Made by a program: the position numbers and the translations under genes. A DNA stretch of 52,119 bases from an uncultured Prolixibacteraceae bacterium. GTDB taxonomy: Bacteria; Bacteroidota; Bacteroidia; Bacteroidales; Prolixibacteraceae. The notes under the pieces were generated by a model. That model was not told where the DNA came from and searched no databases. It worked only from the letters and a program-made list of their open reading frames with translations. Where the stretch lies: assembly GCA_964395045.1 (NCBI GenBank), contig CAYNBE010000001.1:1-52119 (forward strand), in the 5' to 3' direction. Positions 30,719 through 40,054 of the stretch are shown here, piece by piece (the first letter of the stretch is position 1; each line of letters starts with the position of its first letter).

Positions 30719-32710
30719 ATGACGAAGATATACAGGGCGCTGACCCGTAATGAAATTTCACAGCTTGAACGCCAGCAATGCATAGCTGAAAACTGGGACA
30801 AGATCCGGGTGTCCGGTCGCTTTACACCTGACAACATCCGGCAGGTCAATTTCACCGGTACGAATTTCCTCGGTCTGATGAACAGCGATATACCGTTTCC
30901 CGGCGGAGTAACAAAAAAAACAGGAATATTTAATGCGCATCTTCATAACTGCACCACTGGCGACCAGGTCCTGATCAGTAATATCAGAAGTTACATTGCC
31001 AATTATGACATCGGAGATCATACTGTGATTGAAAATACCGACCTGTTGGTGGTGGATGGCCCTACTGCATTTGGCAACGGGACCTCTGTGGATGTACTTG
31101 ATGAAACCGGAGGCCGTCAGCTGATGATCTATGACAGGATGTCGGCCCATACCGCATACCTGATGGCTTTGTACCGTTACCATGAAGGATTCTGTGAAAT
31201 CCTTTCCGCGATGATCACGGATTATACGAACGGATGCCGGTCGGAAAGAGGGCAAATCGGCAGAAATGTCTGGATCGGGAACTGCGGGGAAATTGTCAAT
31301 GTAAAGATCGGAGATGGGGCAGTGATCAAGGGGATATCCCGGCTGAAGAACGGCAGCATCAACAGCAATGAAACCGATCCTGTTATGCTTGGATACAACG
31401 TGGTCGCCGAAAATTTCATCATCTCATCCGGGTCCGAAGTGAACGATCATGCCGTCATCACAAATTGCTTTATCGGACAGGGATGTATGCTCGGGAAACA
31501 CTATTCAGCAATAAATTCTTTGTTTTTCTGCAACTTCCAAGGATTTAACGGAGAGGCCTGCTCGATATTTGCCGGACCGTTCACGGTCTCACACCACAAA
31601 TCTACCTTGCTGATTGCCGGGATGTTTTCGTTCTGCAATGCCGGAAGCGGATCGAACCAGAGCAACCACATGTATAAACTGGGACCAATCCACCACGGAA
31701 TTGTGGAAAGAGGCTCCAAAACAACCAGCGATTCCTATATTTTGTGGCCGGCAAAAATCGGCCCGTTCACACTTGTGATGGGACGTCATTACAAGAATAC
31801 CGATACATCGAACATGCCCTTCTCATACCTGATTGAAAACAAGGATGAAAGCTGGCTGGCCCCCGGGATCAACCTCCGGAGTGTAGGGACCATCCGGGAT
31901 GCGATCAAATGGCCCAGGCGCGACAGAAGAAAAGATCCCGACCGGCTTGATTCGGTCAACTTCAATCTGTTGAGCCCGTTTACTATTCAGCGGATGCTGA
32001 ACGGGAAGGAAATTCTCGAACAGATCAGAAGGATATCGGGCCAAACCACTGATACCTATACCTGGGAAACCACTTTCATATCAAGAAACTCCCTGCAGCG
32101 CGGAATTGAGCTTTATCACATGGCAATTATCAAATTCCTCGGCAATTCACTGATCTCACGTATCATAAAATCAGAACCTCAAACCTTCGGGGATTTGCTG
32201 AAATGCCTTCAACCCGGATGTGAGAACGGAAAAGGAGACTGGATCGACGCAGCAGGCCTGATTGCACCAAAACAGGAAATCGAAAAACTGGTAGAAAAGG
32301 TTATGAATAGGGAAATTCTCCGGCTTACAGATCTGGAACACTACCTGCGAACCCTGCATGAAAATTATTATGAGCTGGAATGGTGCTGGGCATCACAACT
32401 ACTGGAAAAACACCTAAATAAAAAAATAGAGGACATTACAAAAGATGACCTGCTAAACCTGATCGAAGAGTGGAAATCATGCGTTACCGGACTGGATAAA
32501 CTTCTGTACGAGGATGCACGGAAGGAGTTCAGGATCAGTGCTATGACAGGCTTTGGAGTAGATGGCGACCAAATCATCAAGGAACAGGATTTTGTGAAGG
32601 TCAGAGGTACTTTTGAAAAGAACAGATTTGTAACTGAAATTGTTGATCATATCAGAAAAAAAAGCGAACTTGGCGAAAAAATGATCGGTTACCTGAATTC
32701 CTTAACCTAA
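30719..32710 (+). CDS. DUF4954-family protein (hexapeptide/beta-helix-like)
   Basis: YRALT..EI..LE...C.AENW start, SHHKSTLLIAG, GSGSNQSNHMYKLGP, KWPRRDRR; TAAATTTG box at 30657. Confidence 0.85.
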   Translation: MTKIYRALTRNEISQLERQQCIAENWDKIRVSGRFTPDNIRQVNFTGTNFLGLMNSDIPFPGGVTKKTGIFNAHLHNCTTGDQVLISNIRSYIANYDIGDHTVIENTDLLVVDGPTAFGNGTSVDVLDETGGRQLMIYDRMSAHTAYLMALYRYHEGFCEILSAMITDYTNGCRSERGQIGRNVWIGNCGEIVNVKIGDGAVIKGISRLKNGSINSNETDPVMLGYNVVAENFIISSGSEVNDHAVITNCFIGQGCMLGKHYSAINSLFFCNFQGFNGEACSIFAGPFTVSHHKSTLLIAGMFSFCNAGSGSNQSNHMYKLGPIHHGIVERGSKTTSDSYILWPAKIGPFTLVMGRHYKNTDTSNMPFSYLIENKDESWLAPGINLRSVGTIRDAIKWPRRDRRKDPDRLDSVNFNLLSPFTIQRMLNGKEILEQIRRISGQTTDTYTWETTFISRNSLQRGIELYHMAIIKFLGNSLISRIIKSEPQTFGDLLKCLQPGCENGKGDWIDAAGLIAPKQEIEKLVEKVMNREILRLTDLEHYLRTLHENYYELEWCWASQLLEKHLNKKIEDITKDDLLNLIEEWKSCVTGLDKLLYEDARKEFRISAMTGFGVDGDQIIKEQDFVKVRGTFEKNRFVTEIVDHIRKKSELGEKMIGYLNSLT

Positions 32711-32722
32711 AAAAAACAAGAT

Positions 32723-33550
32723 ATGAGATTGGTCATACAACCTGATTATGAATTCCTGGCAAAATGGACGGCAAGCTACATTGCACGGAAAATTGAACTG
32801 TTCAAACCTTCAGCCGATAAACCTTTCGTACTTGGTCTTCCGACAGGTTCATCCCCGCTCGGGGTATATAGCGAACTGATTTCACTGTATAAACTTGGAA
32901 AGGTTTCTTTCCGGAATGTGGTGACTTTTAATATGGATGAATATGTTGGACTGGGGCCAGACCATCCGCAGAGTTACCATTACTTCATGTGGCACCATTT
33001 TTTCAGCCATATCGACATTCAGAAGGAGAATGTGAATATTCTGGATGGGATGACTAAGGACATCAAACGAGAATGTGCAAGGTATGAAGGAAAAATTGCC
33101 GAATCGGGAGGAATCCACTTGTTTTTGGGCGGCATAGGAGCCGATGGGCACATTGCATTCAATGAGCCGGGTTCATCACTCTCAAGCCGGACCCGGGCAA
33201 AAGAACTCAATGCCGATACACGGTTGGCCAATTCCCGTTTCTTCGGAAACGATATTACCAAAGTTCCCCGGCTGGCCCTCACGGTCGGAGTAGGAACCGT
33301 CCTCGATGCAAAAGAGGTGCTGATCGTCGTCAATGGACTGGGGAAGGCCCGTGCGCTCCGTCATATCGTCGAAGAGGGGGTCAGCCATATGTGGACATGC
33401 AGTGCACTTCAGCTCCACCCAAGGGCCATGATCGTATGCGACGAAGCTGCGGCTCACGAACTGAAAGTGGGGACCTTTAAGCATTTTCTGGATATCGAAA
33501 AGGAAAATATTGATATCCAGAGTATCTGGAAATCAGATTTGAACTGGTAA
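32723..33550 (+). CDS. nagB: Glucosamine-6-phosphate deaminase
   Basis: [39 protein letters not shown]. Confidence 0.97.
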   Translation: MRLVIQPDYEFLAKWTASYIARKIELFKPSADKPFVLGLPTGSSPLGVYSELISLYKLGKVSFRNVVTFNMDEYVGLGPDHPQSYHYFMWHHFFSHIDIQKENVNILDGMTKDIKRECARYEGKIAESGGIHLFLGGIGADGHIAFNEPGSSLSSRTRAKELNADTRLANSRFFGNDITKVPRLALTVGVGTVLDAKEVLIVVNGLGKARALRHIVEEGVSHMWTCSALQLHPRAMIVCDEAAAHELKVGTFKHFLDIEKENIDIQSIWKSDLNW

Positions 33551-33565
33551 ACGCATTGGTTACAA

Positions 33566-34147
33566 TTGACCTTCACCGGAATCCTCCTTGCCGGCGGATC
33601 AAGTTCCAGGATGGGAACCGACAAGGGATTGGTAAAATTTCAGGGCAGAAGGCTGGCTGAATATGCACTTGATCTGCTCAGCCGGTTTTGTGATGAAATC
33701 CTTATCAGCACAGCCCATCCTGAATATGCAGCATTTGGATTCAGGACCATCCCCGATCAGCTCCCGGGAAAAGGGCCTCTGTCGGGTTTGGCAGCCACCC
33801 TTCCGCATTCATCCAATGAGTGGAACCTGGTGCTTGGCTGTGACATGCCTTATGCGAACAGTGCATTGTTTGAGTTTCTTATTGAAAAAACCGGAGTATC
33901 CCTGGGTGTGGTCCCTATCCATGACAACCTGATTGAACCGGTGGCAGCCATTTATTGCCGGACAGCAGGCCGTCTATTTGGAAATGAATTGGCAATGGGG
34001 CATTATTCTCTTTATAAAATTCTTCTCAACAATGATTTTACATTTCCTGATACAGGTTTTCTTCTGGCAGAGTTCCCGTTTCTTTTTAAAAGTCTGAATG
34101 AACCGGATGACCTGGTAATTGCTTGTCCAGTGCCTGGAGGGAAATAA
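33566..34147 (+). CDS. mobA: Molybdenum cofactor guanylyltransferase
   Basis: LAGGSSSRMGTDKG, GPLSGL, GCDMP, LNEPDD; TTG start. Confidence 0.93.
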   Translation: MTFTGILLAGGSSSRMGTDKGLVKFQGRRLAEYALDLLSRFCDEILISTAHPEYAAFGFRTIPDQLPGKGPLSGLAATLPHSSNEWNLVLGCDMPYANSALFEFLIEKTGVSLGVVPIHDNLIEPVAAIYCRTAGRLFGNELAMGHYSLYKILLNNDFTFPDTGFLLAEFPFLFKSLNEPDDLVIACPVPGGK

Positions 34148-34244
34148 GAATTTTTTGGCAATGGACTGATTCCTGATTATGGTTGATGGTCTAAATGATA
34201 TTGAAGAACATAACAGGTTACGTATAAATAGATAGATATTTAGA

Positions 34245-34252
34245 TATATTTG
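34245..34252 (+). promoter_or_regulatory. Bacteroidota -7 promoter box for the molybdoenzyme operon
   Basis: TATATTTG 25 nt upstream of the ATG at 34278. Confidence 0.55.
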
Positions 34253-34277
34253 CAGAAAATAACGAAAAGGAAGGGAA

Positions 34278-36521
34278 ATGACGAGCAACAGGAGAGAGTT
34301 TATCAGGATTTCCGCCCTTGGAGCAGCTGGTCTGATCGGGGGATCACACTGGCTGAAGGCTGACTCAGCCTCAGGTACCGGAATAAAGCCGGAAGGACTT
34401 TGGTTTTCACCTGAGGAGCTCAGTCGTACTCCTACCTACTGTGAAATATGTTTTTGGAAATGTGCAGGTTGGGTCCATAAAGATGGGAAAGGGGAGATAC
34501 AGAAAATTACCGGGAATAATAAGGATCCGAATTGCAACGGCCGGTTTTGTCCCAGAGGTACCGGAGGGGTAGGACAATTCTACGACAGCGACAGGTTGAA
34601 AACCCCGCTGATCAGGACAGAAGACAGGGGAAAGCAGAGCTTCAGGGAAGCCACCTGGGACGAAGCCCTACAATACATAGCCGATAAACTGGAGATGATC
34701 AGAAAAGAACATGGTCCCGAATGTACAGCTCTTTTTACACATGGTTCGGGAGGGAAATATTTCTCCAGATTGTTGAAAGCATATGGATCGGTCAATATAG
34801 GTGCACCATCATACGCACAATGCCGTGGTCCGCGAGAAGTAGCATTTTATGCGACTTTCGGAAGGAGCCTCGATTCACCTGAAAATACCGATATTAGGGA
34901 CACCCGCTGCCTGGTGCTGATCGGATCGCACATCGGGGAGAACATGCACAACGGGCAGGTGCAGGAGATGTCGGATGCCATCGATAAAAAAGCGACTGTT
35001 ATAACAGTCGATCCGCGCTATTCGACCGCAGCGAGCAAATCGAAATACTGGCTTCCGATTAAACCAGCCACAGATATGGCGTTGTTGCTTGCCTGGATCC
35101 ACGTCATTATCAATGAAGAATTATACGATAAAAAATATGTTGAAAAGTACACGGTTGGTTTTGAACAACTCAGGTCACATGTGGCAGGATTTACCCCGGA
35201 ATGGGCTTACGGAATAACCACCATCAAGCCGGGTGTGATTCGTGAAACAGCCAGGGAAATGGCTGCTGCTGCACCGGCGGTGATTGTTCATCCGGGCAGA
35301 CATGTCACCTGGTATGGTGACGACACACAAAGGTTACGGGCTGTGGCAATCCTCAATGCAATACTTGGATCATGGGGCAGAAGGGGAGGTTTTTATATGC
35401 CGGAGAGTCCCGTTATTCCTGAACCTGATTTGCCGGTATTCCCGAAGCCAACACGCACATGGAGAATGGCAATGAAAGGCAAATACCCCCTTGCCGACCT
35501 GGTCCTGGCCAACGGATTGTGTGATGCGACCATTCCCTCCCCCGATCTCGACTGTTCTATCAAGGGATGGATCATCAACGGCACAAACCTCATGGAAACC
35601 CTGCCCGACAGAGCCAATACAATGAAAGCCATCCATAACCTCGACCTGATGGTGGTAGTCGATACCATGCCTATGGAGATAACCGGTTGGGCCGACGTGG
35701 TCCTGCCTGAATGCACTTATCTCGAACGATACGACTCTCTCAGGGATACCCACCACCGCGAACCGGTCATTGCGCTGAGAATGCCTGCCAGAAAACCACT
35801 TTATAACAGCAAACCAGCTTATTGGATGGCGCGGGATCTTGCACGAAAGATGAACCTGTTGCAATATTTCCCGTTTGAAACCTTGGAAGAGGAACTTGAC
35901 CATGAGCTGAAGCAAATGGGCAGCTCTCTGAAGGAAATGCAGCAGGCCGGAGTGAAAGTTCTTGAAAAGCAGGAAGAACTTTATTTTCGCGAAGATGAAG
36001 AAATAACGTTTGATACCGGAACCGGGAAAATCGAATTGTATTCTACTGCTTTTGCGGATGCCGGATTCGACCCATTGCCGGTATATACCCCACACCCGGA
36101 ACCACCCGAGGGTTATTACAGGCTTAATTACGGAAGGGCCCCGATGCATACTTTCTCCCGGACAGTAAACAATCCGAACCTGTTTGACCTGATGGAGGAG
36201 AATGTCCTGTGGGTTCATCCAAAAACAGCCGGATTGAATGATCTGAAAAACAATCAGAAGGTATGGCTCGAAAACCAGGACGGGGTTGTATCATCGTTTC
36301 CCATTAAAATCAGGATCACCGAACGGATCAGATGGGATTCGGTATATATGGTGCATGGATTCGGGAATAACAGCGCAAAACTGAGCCGGGCCCACGGACG
36401 GGGAGCCAGTGATAATGAGCTGATTACCCGTGTCATGATAGATCCGGTGATGGGAGGTACCGGGATGCGGGGGAATTTCGTCAGATTCAGGACTTCAGCA
36501 GGAAAGGAGGCAGAATCATGA
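34278..36521 (+). CDS. Tat-exported Mo-bisPGD oxidoreductase, polysulfide/thiosulfate reductase (PsrA/PhsA) clade
   Basis: NRREFI twin-arginine signal; CEICFWKC...C Fe-S motif; probable Mo-ligand Cys in SYAQCRGP; ADVVLPECTYLER; followed by B and C subunits. Confidence 0.88.
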   Translation: MTSNRREFIRISALGAAGLIGGSHWLKADSASGTGIKPEGLWFSPEELSRTPTYCEICFWKCAGWVHKDGKGEIQKITGNNKDPNCNGRFCPRGTGGVGQFYDSDRLKTPLIRTEDRGKQSFREATWDEALQYIADKLEMIRKEHGPECTALFTHGSGGKYFSRLLKAYGSVNIGAPSYAQCRGPREVAFYATFGRSLDSPENTDIRDTRCLVLIGSHIGENMHNGQVQEMSDAIDKKATVITVDPRYSTAASKSKYWLPIKPATDMALLLAWIHVIINEELYDKKYVEKYTVGFEQLRSHVAGFTPEWAYGITTIKPGVIRETAREMAAAAPAVIVHPGRHVTWYGDDTQRLRAVAILNAILGSWGRRGGFYMPESPVIPEPDLPVFPKPTRTWRMAMKGKYPLADLVLANGLCDATIPSPDLDCSIKGWIINGTNLMETLPDRANTMKAIHNLDLMVVVDTMPMEITGWADVVLPECTYLERYDSLRDTHHREPVIALRMPARKPLYNSKPAYWMARDLARKMNLLQYFPFETLEEELDHELKQMGSSLKEMQQAGVKVLEKQEELYFREDEEITFDTGTGKIELYSTAFADAGFDPLPVYTPHPEPPEGYYRLNYGRAPMHTFSRTVNNPNLFDLMEENVLWVHPKTAGLNDLKNNQKVWLENQDGVVSSFPIKIRITERIRWDSVYMVHGFGNNSAKLSRAHGRGASDNELITRVMIDPVMGGTGMRGNFVRFRTSAGKEAES

Positions 36522-37051
36522 GATATGCAATGGCCATCGATACCCTGAAATGTGTGGGATGTTCCGATTGTGTGGTTGCCTGTCAGACAGAAAACAACGT
36601 GCCGATTGGTTATTCGCGCGACTGGATACGTGAAATCAGCCAGGGTATCTACCCCGAACTGCACCTTGAAATACGGTCCGAACGATGCAACCATTGCGAC
36701 AATTCCCCCTGTGTGAGGAGTTGTCCCACCGGAGCCAGCCATTATACGGAGGGAGGAATTGTGAAAGTGACGAAAAACAAATGTATTGGTTGCAGCGCAT
36801 GTATTGTTTCGTGCCCGTATGACGCCCGTTATATTCACCCCGAAGGATATGTCGATAAATGCACTTTTTGTGACCACCGGGTTAAAAATGGGGAACAGCC
36901 GGCCTGTGTGGCAGTCTGTCCTACAAAATGCATGTATTTCGGCGATCTTGACAATCCTGATTCTGAGATTTCAAAAATTCTATTGAGAAGGAAGAGCAAG
37001 ACACTAATCCCGGAAGCAGGCACCAGTCCGAGAGTTTATTTTCTTTATTGA
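36518..37051 (+). CDS. 4Fe-4S electron-transfer subunit (PsrB/NrfC-like)
   Basis: CVGCSDCVVAC, CNHCDNSPCVRSCP, CIGCSACIVSCPY, KCTFC...PACVAVCP; ATGA overlap with the catalytic subunit. Confidence 0.95.
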   Translation: MRYAMAIDTLKCVGCSDCVVACQTENNVPIGYSRDWIREISQGIYPELHLEIRSERCNHCDNSPCVRSCPTGASHYTEGGIVKVTKNKCIGCSACIVSCPYDARYIHPEGYVDKCTFCDHRVKNGEQPACVAVCPTKCMYFGDLDNPDSEISKILLRRKSKTLIPEAGTSPRVYFLY

Positions 37052-37157
37052 CTGGAAAATGAAAATCGGAGTATAGAACAAACCACAGGTACTGATCGAC
37101 AAAGGAGCGTCAGGAGGTTAAGGCTAAAGTAAAGTGTGAGAAGCGGCAGTAAGCAAC

Positions 37158-37296
37158 AGGCAGGAGAAAGGAGGAAGGAGGAAGGAGAAGGCAGAACACA
37201 GGCCCTAGGACACTGAATGCTGAATACTTGATACATGATACTTGATACTTGATACTTTACTGCAAACTGCATACTAAATACTGAACACTGAAAACT
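37158..37296 (+). repeat. Degenerate 7-bp tandem arrays in the B-C intergenic gap
   Basis: Purine block AGGCAGG AGAAAGG AGGAAGG AGGAAGG, then CACTGAA TGCTGAA TACTTGA TACATGA TACTTGA TACTTGA ... CTGCAAA CTGCATA CTAAATA CTGAACA CTGAAAA. Confidence 0.8.
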
Positions 37297-37304
37297 TATA
37301 TGTT

Positions 37305-38246
37305 ATGTCTGAAGATATTATAACTAGTGGGCGCCTGAACCACCTCATCGATCCTGTTCTTGGAGTGTGGGAGTGGCATATCCCTGCATATCTTTTCCTG
37401 GGGGGATTGGCGGCAGGAATTCTCTTTTTTGCGGGTCTCACTACCATCAGAAAGAAGGAGGTTGAATTTCCTGCCGCAGTCAGGAAAGCGCCTTTGATAG
37501 TCCCATTGTTGTTGGTTTTAGGCCTTTTTTCCCTTTTTCTGGACCTGAAACATAAGCTTTATTTTTGGCGGCTTTATACAACCATCAAACTGGGGGCCCC
37601 CATGAGCTGGGGTGCCTGGGTGCTGTTACTGGTAACTCCGTTGTCGTTCATCTGGGCAGCGCTTCATATTCGTTCAGTTTTTCCCCACTGGGACTGGAAA
37701 TATAGCTTTCTGAAGAAGCTCGAGCAGATTTTTAATCAATACAAAGAGTACCTGGCCTGGGCATTGGTGGTTCTTTCCGTTGTCCTTGGGGTTTATACCG
37801 GAATCCTGTTTTCGGCCTTCAACGGACGTCCGCTCTGGAATACTTCCATACTGGGGCCACTTTTCCTGGTTTCAGGAATGTCGGGCGGAGCCGCGGTGAT
37901 TGTGCTGATGGCGGGTTCGCAAGGAGAACGCCATTATTTTGCTAGGGTTGACCTGCTCCTGATAGCCATTGAACTGGTACTGATCGTCCACATGTTCATG
38001 GGGTTTCTTTCGAGCACTCAGACGCAGATCGACGCTGCAAAACTCTTTCTCGGAGGTGATTATACCGCTCCTTTCTGGATTTTTGTGGTGGGAACCGGTT
38101 TGATACTGCCTGCCCTTCTCGAGTTCATGGAGATGCGGAAAAGGAGTATTCCAACCATTTTTGCTCCGGTTTTCGTTCTCTTCGGAGGGATCATGCTTCG
38201 GTTTATCATTGCCTTTGCAGGACAGCTGTCACATTGGAACCTTTAA
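37305..38246 (+). CDS. NrfD/PsrC-family membrane anchor subunit
   Basis: WEWHIPAYLFLGGLAAG, LFLDL, PMSWGAW, YTGILFS..RPLWN, about 8 hydrophobic segments, LRF near the C-terminus. Confidence 0.93.
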   Translation: MSEDIITSGRLNHLIDPVLGVWEWHIPAYLFLGGLAAGILFFAGLTTIRKKEVEFPAAVRKAPLIVPLLLVLGLFSLFLDLKHKLYFWRLYTTIKLGAPMSWGAWVLLLVTPLSFIWAALHIRSVFPHWDWKYSFLKKLEQIFNQYKEYLAWALVVLSVVLGVYTGILFSAFNGRPLWNTSILGPLFLVSGMSGGAAVIVLMAGSQGERHYFARVDLLLIAIELVLIVHMFMGFLSSTQTQIDAAKLFLGGDYTAPFWIFVVGTGLILPALLEFMEMRKRSIPTIFAPVFVLFGGIMLRFIIAFAGQLSHWNL

Positions 38247-38248
38247 TA

Positions 38249-38357
38249 GATTTCGGATTTTGGAATTCGGAATTCGGAATACGGAGAGTCACTTTAAAGA
38301 GAAACAATCCGAAATCTCCAATCCGAAATCCGAAATGAGAAGATTGCGGAATTGGGA
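38249..38357. repeat. Left heptamer inverted-repeat flank of the four-helix-bundle gene
   Basis: GATTTCG GATTTTG GAATTCG GAATTCG arm, spacer GAGTCACTTT, complementary ATCCGAA ATCTCCA ATCCGAA ATCCGAA arm. Confidence 0.85.
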
Positions 38358-38403
38358 TAAAAGTAAATAAGGTAGAATGCATAAGTGAAAATATTTCAGG
38401 TAA

Positions 38404-38784
38404 ATGACAAAAGATGAATTAAAATACAGAACTAAGAAATTTGCCTTGGACATTATGCGGTTGGTGGAAGAACTGCCAATCACAAAAGCCGGAAATGCCA
38501 TCGGGAACCAGCTGATCCGTTCCGGGACCTCAGTTGCTGCAAATTATAGGTCAGCTTGCAGAGCAAGAAGCAATGCGGATTTTATATCGAAAGTGAATGT
38601 TGTCGAAGAAGAAAGTGATGAAACTCTTTTTTGGCTGGAATTGATCGATGAAACAAACCTTATCAAAGATAGAATGCTTTTAAAGGCATTATTGAAAGAA
38701 GCTGATGAATTAACTGCGATATTCACGGCATCTGGAAAAACTGCCAAAAACAATCCGAAATCTCCAATCCGAAATCCGAAATGA
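38404..38784 (+). CDS. Four-helix-bundle protein (23S rRNA intervening-sequence protein / Avd-like family)
   Basis: RTKKFAL, QLIRSGTSVAANYR, ARSNADFISK, EESDETLFWLELI, EADELTAIF; C-terminus is encoded by the repeat arm. Confidence 0.92.
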   Translation: MTKDELKYRTKKFALDIMRLVEELPITKAGNAIGNQLIRSGTSVAANYRSACRARSNADFISKVNVVEEESDETLFWLELIDETNLIKDRMLLKALLKEADELTAIFTASGKTAKNNPKSPIRNPK

Positions 38785-38860
38785 GAAGATTGAGGAATGC
38801 GGATTGCGGAGAGTCACTTTGAAAAGAAGAACTCCGAACTCCGAACTCCGAACCCCGAAC
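38748..38860. repeat. Right heptamer flank of the four-helix-bundle gene
   Basis: Exact 45-bp copy of 38302-38346 at 38748-38792; CGGAGAGTCACTTT at 38807 matches 38282; CTCCGAA x3 plus CCCCGAA. Confidence 0.88.
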
Positions 38861-38903
38861 TTAAAAAAAAATGATAGTTAACGTAACCAGAAAAAAAATT
38901 GAC

Positions 38904-39428
38904 ATGGACAAAAATCGACAGTTAAAGTACTGGAATCCTTATTTTGGAGGGGTGATGCTTGGACTGGTATTGCTGGCGGCCAATTACTTTGCAGGCCGGG
39001 GCCTTGGAGCAAGTGGAGCCGTTAAAAGTGTTGTTGTAGCAGGAGTGGAAGCCATTGCTCCGGTGCATGCACAGAGTACGCCGGTTTATAAAGAGTATCT
39101 CGAAGGACATGAAGGCAAGCCCTTGAAATCATGGCTGGTTTATGAAGTCCTCGGAGTCATTGTCGGAGCCTTTATCTCGGGGGCATGGGCCGGAAGGCTG
39201 AAATGGAAAGTGGAGCACAGTCCGAAGATCACTAGCCGGCGACGCCTGATCTTCGCGGGGTTGGGCGGAATGTTTTTCGGCCTCGGATCACAGCTCGGAC
39301 GGGGATGTACCAGCGGGACTGCCCTGAGTGGGATGGCTGTCCTGAGCCTTGGAGGATTCATTACCATGATCGCCATTTTCGGTACAGCTTTTGCGTTTGC
39401 CTATTTTTTCCGCAAACTTTGGATATAA
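38904..39428 (+). CDS. YeeE/YedE sulfur-compound transporter (half-size)
   Basis: WNPY..G, GLGASG, FGLGSQLGRGCTSG; hydrophobic. Confidence 0.9.
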   Translation: MDKNRQLKYWNPYFGGVMLGLVLLAANYFAGRGLGASGAVKSVVVAGVEAIAPVHAQSTPVYKEYLEGHEGKPLKSWLVYEVLGVIVGAFISGAWAGRLKWKVEHSPKITSRRRLIFAGLGGMFFGLGSQLGRGCTSGTALSGMAVLSLGGFITMIAIFGTAFAFAYFFRKLWI

Positions 39429-39446
39429 CCTTAAGCACAATTTCAT

Positions 39447-40037
39447 ATGGGACCACTATCATTTTACGGAATCATATCTGAGAATACCAACCTTTTAATC
39501 GCTTTTCTCATTGGGGTTGGATTCGGTTTTGTACTCGAAAACAGCGGTTTTTCATCATCCAGAAAACTGGCCGGGATGTTTTACGGTTACGATACCACTG
39601 TACTGAAGGTTTTCTTTACAGCTGCCATAACAGCTATGCTGGGCATGATCCTTTTCGGACTTTTTGGCTGGCTCGACCTGAGTGTGGTATATGTCAATCC
39701 CACTTATCTATGGTCGGCAATTGCCGGAGGCGTGATCATGGGGATCGGTTTCATCATGGGCGGATTTTGTCCGGGTACTTCTTTTTGCGGAGCTGCTATC
39801 GGCAAACTGGATGCCCTTGTTTTTGCCGGCGGATTGTTTGTCGGAGTTTTCCTTTTTACCGAAGGATATCCTGTTTTTGAAGAACTATATATGGCCGGTG
39901 ATCTGGGAGCACCTTACGTTTATGAGGTGCTTGGTATGTCGCGGGGTATTTTCGTCCTGTTGCTGATTGTTGTTGCCCTGGCGGCCTTTTGGGTTGGTGA
40001 ATGGGCAGAAAGGAAATATCCCAGAGAAGAATATTGA
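39447..40037 (+). CDS. YeeE/YedE sulfur-compound transporter (half-size)
   Basis: GFGFVLE..GF, GGVIMGIGFIMGGFCPGTS; hydrophobic. Confidence 0.9.
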   Translation: MGPLSFYGIISENTNLLIAFLIGVGFGFVLENSGFSSSRKLAGMFYGYDTTVLKVFFTAAITAMLGMILFGLFGWLDLSVVYVNPTYLWSAIAGGVIMGIGFIMGGFCPGTSFCGAAIGKLDALVFAGGLFVGVFLFTEGYPVFEELYMAGDLGAPYVYEVLGMSRGIFVLLLIVVALAAFWVGEWAERKYPREEY

Positions 40038-40054
40038 TATTTATTTATAACGAT

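Noticed and set aside
37045-37272. 75-aa minus-strand ORF and the 38161-38370 ORF
   Set aside because: Their periodic sequences are translations of the heptamer arrays
38249-38860. CRISPR array or diversity-generating retroelement
   Set aside because: Only two long repeat copies, no regular spacers, no cas genes; the copies are identical rather than differing at adenines, and no reverse transcriptase is in the window
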